The notes below the pieces were generated by a model. The model was not told where the DNA came from and ran no database searches. It worked only from the letters and a program-made list of their open reading frames with translations. A stretch of DNA of 38,895 nucleotides from IMG/VR virus record IMGVR_UViG_3300027974_000072, positions 1 through 38,895 of that record; one strand, given 5' to 3'. Positions 1 through 6,875 of the stretch are shown here, in pieces. The DNA comes from a virus. Taxonomy: Duplodnaviria; Caudoviricetes. The translations under genes and the position numbers were made by a program. How positions within the stretch are numbered: the stretch's first letter is position 1; every line of letters starts with the position of its first letter.

Positions 1-603
1 TGGGGGAGAAATTGGCGCGACTGTCGTCGTTGGCGCGACTGTCGTCGTTGGCGCAACCGTAGTCGTTGGCGCAACTGTCGTCGTTGGCGCAACTGTCGTC
101 GTTGGCGCAACCGTAGTCGTTGGCGCAACCGTAGTCGTCGGCGCAACCGTAGTCGTTGGCGCAACGGTCGTCGTCGGCGCAACCGTAGTCGTTGGCGCAA
201 CTGTCGTCGTTGGCGCAACTGTCGTCGTTGGCGCAACCGTAGTCGTTGGCGCAACCGTAGTCGTTGGCGCAACTGTCGTCGTCGGCGCGACTGTCGTCGT
301 CGGCGCAACCGTCGTTGGCGCAGCAGTCGTCGTAGGCCCATTAGATAATCCACTAAGAGCAGGAGGAATTGGTCTAAGACCTCCGTCATAAGGAGTAACC
401 ATTAAACCAGTAAGACCTACATTATAACACTTCTTATTAAATTCTCTCCAAACATGACTATATGCTAAATTATAGTATCGATTAAAACTGCCAGTTTCTA
501 ATTCTGGTCCAGCCAAACCAGAGTCTATGACTCTTCCTTTCAGTGTCGATAGTTGTCCACTGCTAGCAATATGAATTTCATGAATCAAAGAATGTAGACT
601 CAT
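1..603 (-). CDS. Mucin-like PTTTVA-repeat protein, probably virion-associated (partial; runs off the left edge; absent from the ORF track)
   Basis: ATG at 603-601 opens MSLHSLIHEIHIASSG...GLSNGPTTTAAPTTVA(PTTTVA)16PISPP with no stop to position 1; GTGTA lies 10 nt upstream. Confidence 0.85.
   Translation of the reverse strand, partial: MSLHSLIHEIHIASSGQLSTLKGRVIDSGLAGPELETGSFNRYYNLAYSHVWREFNKKCYNVGLTGLMVTPYDGGLRPIPPALSGLSNGPTTTAAPTTVAPTTTVAPTTTVAPTTTVAPTTTVAPTTTVAPTTTVAPTTTVAPTTTVAPTTTVAPTTTVAPTTTVAPTTTVAPTTTVAPTTTVAPTTTVAPTTTVAPISPP
13..336 (-). repeat. 18-bp coding tandem repeat: 16 regular units (13-300) plus 2 variant units, encoding PTTTVA
   Basis: Units such as tggcgcaactgtcgtcgt; the 16 regular units differ only at synonymous positions. 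Confidence 0.95.
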
Positions 604-613
604 CAACTAATAC

Positions 614-618
614 TACAC
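614..618 (-). promoter_or_regulatory. GTGTA motif (putative late promoter), 10 nt before ATG 603
   Basis: Recurs at near-fixed spacing before several virion-type genes. Confidence 0.5.
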
Positions 619-634
619 TAATATAAAAAAATCA

Positions 635-1198
635 TCATTTAGTTGCTTGAAAATGCATAGCATCGCGACTCCAAAAGGCTCCAGCACTTAACCATCCTTC
701 TTTTGCAAATTCTTCCATGATTTCTAATGGCATTGTTGCCTTTGTGGGCCAAAAGGTATGATTTCCATTGGAAGAAGGGGAAAAGTCTATTGCCGCACCT
801 CTTGCATGTAAACTTGGAAGACTTCCTCCTCTCATCTTTCTATTGTTATAACATCCTGCGTATTCTTTTAGAATATGATTATTTGTGTCTTTTGAAATCG
901 CAGTTAAAACTCTTTTAAGACTTTCGGCAACTTTTTTATGACAAAGAATTGTTTTAACTGGTTTATCGTCATATAGAACACCTAGATCAAGAACATCTAA
1001 GTTTACTAATTGAGATTCTCTTCCTGATGGGCCATAAAATTTAGTAAGACTCGATTGATCTGTTTTGGGCCAAGGATTTTGTGGCGGCATTAATTTTCTC
1101 AAATAAGATTGACAGGCTTTAACACTTTTTGGTCCCCAAAATCCATCTGGAGTTGTTCCGATTTTGGATTGAATAGCTTTTATTTGTTCTTGATTCAT
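635..1198 (-). CDS. Endolysin: peptidoglycan-binding-like N-terminus plus M15-family Zn peptidase
   Basis: IQSKIGTTPDGFWGPKS binding-type motif; SLHARGAAID (SxHxxGxAxD) and C-terminal DAMHFQ. Confidence 0.85.
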   Translation of the reverse strand: MNQEQIKAIQSKIGTTPDGFWGPKSVKACQSYLRKLMPPQNPWPKTDQSSLTKFYGPSGRESQLVNLDVLDLGVLYDDKPVKTILCHKKVAESLKRVLTAISKDTNNHILKEYAGCYNNRKMRGGSLPSLHARGAAIDFSPSSNGNHTFWPTKATMPLEIMEEFAKEGWLSAGAFWSRDAMHFQATK

Positions 1199-1264
1199 GC
1201 ATTTTTTGGCTTAATAAGGTTTACACTTGCAAATTAAAAGGTTTACTTGGTTTTTGCATAAAAC

Positions 1265-1269
1265 GTGTA
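1265..1269 (+). promoter_or_regulatory. GTGTA motif, 10 nt before ATG 1280
   Basis: gtgtatatgttaaatATG; a divergent copy lies at 1222-1226 on the minus strand upstream of the endolysin. Confidence 0.5.
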
Positions 1270-1279
1270 TATGTTAAAT

Positions 1280-1810
1280 ATGGCATCAAGAAAAGTTCCA
1301 ACTCTTTTTTATGATTCAAAACCTTTAAAGGTCTCTGCTTACATAAAAGAAAAAACATTTTATATTTCTCCCGGTCTAGTTCTTGTTGGTGGTAACTATT
1401 TCTTTTTTGAAGGAGGAGATGGGGCGTTATTAGATCCGCCTTGTCTTATTGGCTTTAGAGCTAAAGGAACTTTTTCAAAAGAAATAGAAATAGAAATAGA
1501 AACTGTTGATAATTGTATAGAAGGGTTAACTCCAATAGATGAAGATCCGCCAGAATGTGAAAATGGACACTCTGCCTCTTATATTGCAAGGCCAGAACCA
1601 GAATCTCTTGATATAGAAATTGCTTGCGAACCAATGGTAGGTGGACCAACTCCAGTTGACGATTATTTTTTCAAACCAATTGCAATCTTTACTGAAGAAA
1701 CTTTTATTCAATACACTTATGGTCCTTTAACTTTTTTTCCAAAAAATGTTAGCGATCAAACAGGAAATGCTGATGAATGTTCTGATAAATTATTTGAATT
1801 TTTATTATGA
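1280..1810 (+). CDS. Hypothetical acidic protein (possibly virion)
   Basis: ORF MASRKVPTLFY...; overlaps the next gene by ATGA. Confidence 0.7.
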   Translation: MASRKVPTLFYDSKPLKVSAYIKEKTFYISPGLVLVGGNYFFFEGGDGALLDPPCLIGFRAKGTFSKEIEIEIETVDNCIEGLTPIDEDPPECENGHSASYIARPEPESLDIEIACEPMVGGPTPVDDYFFKPIAIFTEETFIQYTYGPLTFFPKNVSDQTGNADECSDKLFEFLL

Positions 1811-2274
1811 GAAGAGTTGATACACTTTTTTATTCTGAAAGAGGCATCCCTTTACAACCATTGATAGAGGAGGTTCTTGAAGATGGGAGTGTTCTCGTTA
1901 GTATTTTGCCGGGACTTCTCATTTGCCCAAATTTGAAACAAAAATTTGTTCCTATTGTAAAAAAAGAACTTTTTACCTGTAAAGCTGGAGATAGTTTTTA
2001 TCTTGTCATAGATGGAAATCTTAAAAGCTTACCAGTTTCAATAAATGAAATTTCAATTAAAAAGATGCCGGAAATAGAAGGATCGAATATAGATCCTAGC
2101 TATGTCTTATTGGCAAGAGTATTGAGCATGGGAACGGGCAACGAAACAGACGAAGAACCTCCAGAACTTATGATTGAAAATTTAGGCAATTTTTATAAAT
2201 ACAACCAATTATATTTAGATATATTCTCTTATGAAATAGAGAAAGAAGCTTTTGTTACAACAGGATTATTATGA
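1807..2274 (+). CDS. Hypothetical protein
   Basis: 155-aa ORF with ATGA coupling at both ends. Confidence 0.7.
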   Translation: MRRVDTLFYSERGIPLQPLIEEVLEDGSVLVSILPGLLICPNLKQKFVPIVKKELFTCKAGDSFYLVIDGNLKSLPVSINEISIKKMPEIEGSNIDPSYVLLARVLSMGTGNETDEEPPELMIENLGNFYKYNQLYLDIFSYEIEKEAFVTTGLL

Positions 2275-3083
2275 TGACAAAAAATATAGATTTTTTTAAA
2301 AAATCTAATAATAATAGACAATTAATTGTTTCTAGATTTATTAATGAAAAAGGAGATACGGAAGAGGGTCAAGCTATGGTTTCTTCTGGATCATTTAATG
2401 ATTATTTTTATCAATTCATTCATAAAAAAAATACTATAAAAAAAGAAGAAGGAGACTCTGAAGAATCCTTCCTTTCGGAAGATATTTTCATGAACAAAGT
2501 TCCATTTTCTTTTGAGAATGAAAAAGTATTAGTTTTAACTTGTCTATATTCTTTTTCTGCTTACTCAGATGGAAGTCTTAAAGAGACTCCTTATTCATTA
2601 GGAATTGAAGATTCTTTTTTTCAAGAAAAAAGTTTCAAAGATGTCAAAACCCTAGACATGGATCTTAATCAATATTTAAATGATTTAACGCCTAGTAAAT
2701 TTAAAAAAGAAAGCCCCGAGGAAGAGATTGATGATAATCCTCCTTGTTCTAATTTGACTTATGAATTAGATATTCCTATCTTTGGTATAAAAAATAGTAA
2801 AGAAATTCAATTCGCAGAGGGTCCAATAAGTCTATCTTTTAATTTTTCACAAGAACCAAGCAAAAATCAAACAAGGAATAAATGTTCATATAGATGTTGG
2901 CCCTTTGAGCGGGAATCTTTTTACGAACGTGAAGATGAACAAATAGATTATAGTAGGTATATTCTGTGTGAGGGTGGTGGCGGTGGTGGAGGGGAGATAA
3001 ACTGCGATCCTCCAGAAGAATACAAAGGTCCAGAGGTTAATTTTTATGGTATGTTTGAAGTTGACTTTGGGCCTGACGCCTAA
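2271..3083 (+). CDS. Hypothetical acidic protein with poly-Gly and Cys-containing C-terminus
   Basis: 270-aa ORF coupled to the upstream gene and followed by a hairpin. Confidence 0.7.
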   Translation: MMTKNIDFFKKSNNNRQLIVSRFINEKGDTEEGQAMVSSGSFNDYFYQFIHKKNTIKKEEGDSEESFLSEDIFMNKVPFSFENEKVLVLTCLYSFSAYSDGSLKETPYSLGIEDSFFQEKSFKDVKTLDMDLNQYLNDLTPSKFKKESPEEEIDDNPPCSNLTYELDIPIFGIKNSKEIQFAEGPISLSFNFSQEPSKNQTRNKCSYRCWPFERESFYEREDEQIDYSRYILCEGGGGGGGEINCDPPEEYKGPEVNFYGMFEVDFGPDA

Positions 3084-3110
3084 CTCAACAAGAGTTAGGT
3101 CTCTTATTTA
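3078..3110. terminator. Hairpin between convergent genes
   Basis: GCCTAACTC-aacaa-GAGTTAGGT followed by T-rich sequence. Confidence 0.45.
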
Positions 3111-3137
3111 TATATTTTAAACTCTAATTTAAAATTA

Positions 3138-3839
3138 TTAAAAAGCATTAATAAAACCAAGATCATAATCAACACTATTCCTTACATTTGAACAATCTAA
3201 ATCTTTAATTGGATATTTTGCTGTATCAATCTCTTCGTAAGAGATTAATCTTTTATTAACAAAAGAAAGTTCTAGCGTTTTAGGAACTTTAAATCCTTGT
3301 AATTCAAAAAGTGGACCATGATTATTTCCATGAATATGAGTCATGCTAAAATGTTTATTAATAATAGTTAAAATTTCAAAACATTTATTTCTATAATTTT
3401 CATCACTCAAATTGTGAACCTCTAAACATATCCCATCTGTAAACGATGCTAGTTTATCAATATCAACTTTGGCAAAGTAATCATATTCAGCGCCTTCAGT
3501 ATCTATTTTTAAAAAGATATTTCCTTGAATATTATATTTATTATAATGTTCAATTACATCTTTACAATTTTCTGTAAATCCTAACCCTTCTTTAAAGAAA
3601 AAAATAGGTCCATTAAGATCATGGTCAACTGTGTGATCAAACATATAAACTGGTTTTTTATATTTTTCATTAAAATCAAATTCATATCTTAATTCTTGCC
3701 CAACTCCATAGGTAAAGAGAGCAGAGCAATTCTCTAATACAATTTCATTAATAACATATCCACCGTCCTCGCACGGACCTAGATGAATTTTATTACTATT
3801 AATTTTTTTAGGTTTTAATAATGGTAAAAGGTCTTTCAT
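3138..3839 (-). CDS. SAM-dependent methyltransferase (FkbM/Methyltransf_22-like)
   Basis: DGGY, TYGVG, LKIDTEGAEY, EVH, HIHGNN and LELSFVNK motifs. Confidence 0.75.
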   Translation of the reverse strand: MKDLLPLLKPKKINSNKIHLGPCEDGGYVINEIVLENCSALFTYGVGQELRYEFDFNEKYKKPVYMFDHTVDHDLNGPIFFFKEGLGFTENCKDVIEHYNKYNIQGNIFLKIDTEGAEYDYFAKVDIDKLASFTDGICLEVHNLSDENYRNKCFEILTIINKHFSMTHIHGNNHGPLFELQGFKVPKTLELSFVNKRLISYEEIDTAKYPIKDLDCSNVRNSVDYDLGFINAF

Positions 3840-3847
3840 ATAAAATA

Positions 3848-4654
3848 TTATTCGTATTCTCTAACATATTTATCGTAAAAATATTGTTCTATTTTATGAT
3901 TATCTATTGTTTGACCAATACTATTTTTTAAAAGATCAACATACATTTTTACTTCATCTTCAACATCAATTTTTTGCAACGGCCTAGCGTGCTTATCTAA
4001 GCATTGTTTTTTATGTATATTAAAATTATCTTCATGGTTAATGCTTCCGCTATTTTTGTGTCCACCTATTTCGTAAGGATCTGACCAGTTAAAAGAATAA
4101 GCAGGGATTGAATTGTCGTCAACTTTTACTTGTTGATTTTTTTCTAATTCTTTAACCCATCTCATGTGTTCTCCACCGCCAAGATGTAGTTCGTAACCAA
4201 TTTCTTTTACTTTTTCAAGAATAGAAATAATTGATGCCTCCATAACGTTTTGTGATATTTTTGGCTTATTATGGTATATTCTAGCCATACTTGATCTAGG
4301 TTTCCAAGCCCATTTATTTATTTTTGAAATATTATCAATGCACTGTCGATTATTCCAAGGTAAAAATATATCATCATCATCCCAACAAATATAATATTTA
4401 CCAGATGCAAATGATAAAGAATCTCTTCTAATTGATCCTATATTATTATAGTCTTCTCCTGTTTGTAAATCTGTATTATTATTTATTACTTTAATGTTTT
4501 CTTCTTTAAAGTCTTCTGATAAGATTATAGGATTTTCGGAATCAGTATTATAAATAATTAATTCAGAATCTTTAAAATCTTGTTTACAAAATAAAGAGAT
4601 AGACCTTTCGACACATCTCATTCTTCTATAGGTGGGCATTACGCAACTTATCAT
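3848..4654 (-). CDS. Glycosyltransferase family 2 (GT-A)
   Basis: N-terminal ISCVMPTYRR; acidic motif in YYICWDDDDIFLP. Confidence 0.85.
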   Translation of the reverse strand: MISCVMPTYRRMRCVERSISLFCKQDFKDSELIIYNTDSENPIILSEDFKEENIKVINNNTDLQTGEDYNNIGSIRRDSLSFASGKYYICWDDDDIFLPWNNRQCIDNISKINKWAWKPRSSMARIYHNKPKISQNVMEASIISILEKVKEIGYELHLGGGEHMRWVKELEKNQQVKVDDNSIPAYSFNWSDPYEIGGHKNSGSINHEDNFNIHKKQCLDKHARPLQKIDVEDEVKMYVDLLKNSIGQTIDNHKIEQYFYDKYVREYE

Positions 4655-5493
4655 ATTTTTTTTGCTCTTTCTAGTATTTCATCTAATTTTTCTGTTGATA
4701 AAGATTGTTTAAAATGATCGTAAATATCCTTAATTATTTGATGATCTGGATCTTTATAAATTTCAAGCCATGCAACAAAATAATTCCAAACTCTATCTTC
4801 TAGGCTATTCCTATAAGGAACTCCATTTGGTCTTCCAAATCTGTGAACCCATTTAAAATTTGGCAAACAAATACATTTTCCACCTGCTTGGCGAAACTTT
4901 TCATGAATATATCCTTCTTCTCCTCCAAATCCTTTAAAGTTTTCATTTATTTTTGGCCATGCTGCGGTTCTGCATGAATAGGTTCCCATGCCCATCATTG
5001 GTATTTCAAAAGGTTCTCCTTTCTCCATTTCTTCTTTATTATTTCCCCAGATTCCATACATATTTCCTCTCCAAACTGGATCAAATTGACTAGACATATT
5101 TGAATCTAAGCTATCATACCAAAGTGGTCCTTGAATGAGATTATTTGTATTAGGATTTTGTTCATAATAATTTAATAAGTTTTTAATAGCATTAGGTTCA
5201 AAAAGAACGTGACAATCTATTCCTAATGTATAAGTGCCTGTGGCGTGCTTAAATATTTCATATTTTATAAATGTGCTTTGTTTATCAGTATATGGAATAT
5301 ATTTTGCCTTAGCCCCTCCTTCTATAAATCTTTTAACCGCTTCTCCTTGTTTGCTTTCTGGATTATTATCAATAACAATAATTTCAACATCTTCTTCAAT
5401 ATCTTTTAATTGATAAAGTCTTAAAGCTTGAATTGAAAAATATACGCCGTCATAATCGTCGTATGTAGCCATTCCTATTGTTAGTTTTTTCAT
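4651..5493 (-). CDS. GT-A glycosyltransferase with DxH motif, polypeptide GalNAc/GlcNAc-transferase-like (GT27/GT60-like catalytic core)
   Basis: LTIGMATYDD, IIVIDNN, GIDCHVLF, PMMGMGTYS, FGGEE, AGGKCICLP, VHRFGRPNGVPY. The GT call is secure; the subfamily is an inference. Confidence 0.75.
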   Translation of the reverse strand: MKKLTIGMATYDDYDGVYFSIQALRLYQLKDIEEDVEIIVIDNNPESKQGEAVKRFIEGGAKAKYIPYTDKQSTFIKYEIFKHATGTYTLGIDCHVLFEPNAIKNLLNYYEQNPNTNNLIQGPLWYDSLDSNMSSQFDPVWRGNMYGIWGNNKEEMEKGEPFEIPMMGMGTYSCRTAAWPKINENFKGFGGEEGYIHEKFRQAGGKCICLPNFKWVHRFGRPNGVPYRNSLEDRVWNYFVAWLEIYKDPDHQIIKDIYDHFKQSLSTEKLDEILERAKKI

Positions 5494-5524
5494 ATTTTTT
5501 TAAAGTAAAAAAATAAGTTTAATT

Positions 5525-6817
5525 TTATGGATAGCGATAACAGGTAATTGAACTTCCATAATTGCTGTAAGTCTGGTTATTGCCAGCAGCAGGAACTGGT
5601 ATATAAACAGTCTCAGTGCCTTGTGTCCCATAAGAGTAATATGGGCCGTAGCCTCCTTGAACCAGTTGACCATCTGGAACCATCTCGCAACGATATTCTC
5701 CAATGCTTTCTAGTGTTGTTCCAGCGGCTGTTGTGCCAGCGGCTGTTGTTTCGCCAGATTGTGTTGTTTCTGATACTGCCTCTGGTGTTGTTGTTTCTGT
5801 AATAGATGGTGTTGTTTGGTTTTCTGTTGTTGTCGTGCATCGTGTTCCAACAGTGAAGGTTTTAGGAGTGGCAATAATATCCGGTTTATTAGTTGAATAT
5901 GCAATAGCAGTAAATGGTGAAGACGTTGCGCCGTGTGCATATGGATAGCTAGTTGGAAGATGCTGTGTTTCCACCGTATCTCCGTTTCTCAAAATCCCGT
6001 TAAACCATTCTTCTCCTCTAAAGTAGACTTTTACAAACCATAAATTGTTGGGTGTAATAGGGTCTAAAAGAGTTACGGAAGTTCCTGCCACACCTATAGA
6101 AAAAGGATTTGGATAGCAGCAGGTATCTTCGATATCTCTTTCTGGAAGACATGGTTCGTCCGCGAACGGATCTCCTCCGCTCTGGCTAGTTGCACCTGCG
6201 GGTGAAAGAAAGATTTCATTGAAAGTTAAGCTTCTAGCGCCGGGGCCAGCGGTAGTGCCGGGGCCAGCGGTAGTGCCGGGGCCGGGAGGAGGGCCGGGAG
6301 GAGGACCGGGAGGAGGAGGAGGAGGAGGGCCGGGAGAAGCGGTAGTGGTGGGAGAAGAGGTCGTGGTTGGAGAAGAGGTCGTGGTTGGAGAAGAGGTCGT
6401 GGTTGGAGAAGAGGTCGTGGTTGGAGCAGCGGTGGTAGTCGCGTTAGGATTAGGGGTAGTAGCAATAGGTTCCGCAGGACGATCAGGAAAAACATAGTCA
6501 GGAGGCGCTGGATATATTATATCTGCTGAAATAAGTGCCTTAAAATTTGTGTTACCAGTAGGTTCAACTGTTAATCTTTTGGTTCCGTTACCAACGTCTA
6601 GGTCGGATAATCTTATTCTATATCCTGATGAAGTCCCTTGTGTATCGTATATTAAACAAGTGTCGTAAACAACAGCAACACTAAATTCGTCTTCTGAAAA
6701 CGGCGCAACTGTTGTCGTCGGCGTAGCTGTTGTCGTTGGCGCAACTGTTGTCGTTGGCGCAACTGTTGTCGTCGGCGTAGCTGTTGTCGTCGGCGTAGCT
6801 GTTGTCGTAGTCGTCAT
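5525..6817 (-). CDS. Thr/Pro-rich mucin-like protein with interspersed globular segments
   Basis: 430 aa; PTTTAT/PTTTVA, PTTTSS, poly-Pro and GTTA repeats; no signal peptide visible. Confidence 0.85.
   Translation of the reverse strand: MTTTTTATPTTTATPTTTVAPTTTVAPTTTATPTTTVAPFSEDEFSVAVVYDTCLIYDTQGTSSGYRIRLSDLDVGNGTKRLTVEPTGNTNFKALISADIIYPAPPDYVFPDRPAEPIATTPNPNATTTAAPTTTSSPTTTSSPTTTSSPTTTSSPTTTASPGPPPPPPPGPPPGPPPGPGTTAGPGTTAGPGARSLTFNEIFLSPAGATSQSGGDPFADEPCLPERDIEDTCCYPNPFSIGVAGTSVTLLDPITPNNLWFVKVYFRGEEWFNGILRNGDTVETQHLPTSYPYAHGATSSPFTAIAYSTNKPDIIATPKTFTVGTRCTTTTENQTTPSITETTTPEAVSETTQSGETTAAGTTAAGTTLESIGEYRCEMVPDGQLVQGGYGPYYSYGTQGTETVYIPVPAAGNNQTYSNYGSSITCYRYP
6238..6440 (-). repeat. GC-rich coding repeats (PTTTSS)x4, poly-Pro, (PGTTAG)x2
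   Basis: 18-bp units ggagaagaggtcgtggtt and gccggggccagcggtagt. Confidence 0.9.
6701..6817 (-). repeat. 18-bp coding repeats PTTTAT/PTTTVA at the N-terminus
   Basis: ggcgcaactgttgtcgtt and ggcgtagctgttgtcgtc units. Confidence 0.9.
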
Positions 6818-6875
6818 AATAATTTATTAGATTCTTGTGTTAATAGGTTATTCAATCGTAGTGGGCAAATTAGGC

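Noticed and set aside
13-336. CRISPR array
   Set aside because: Contiguous 18-bp units with no unique spacers, in frame within a CDS.
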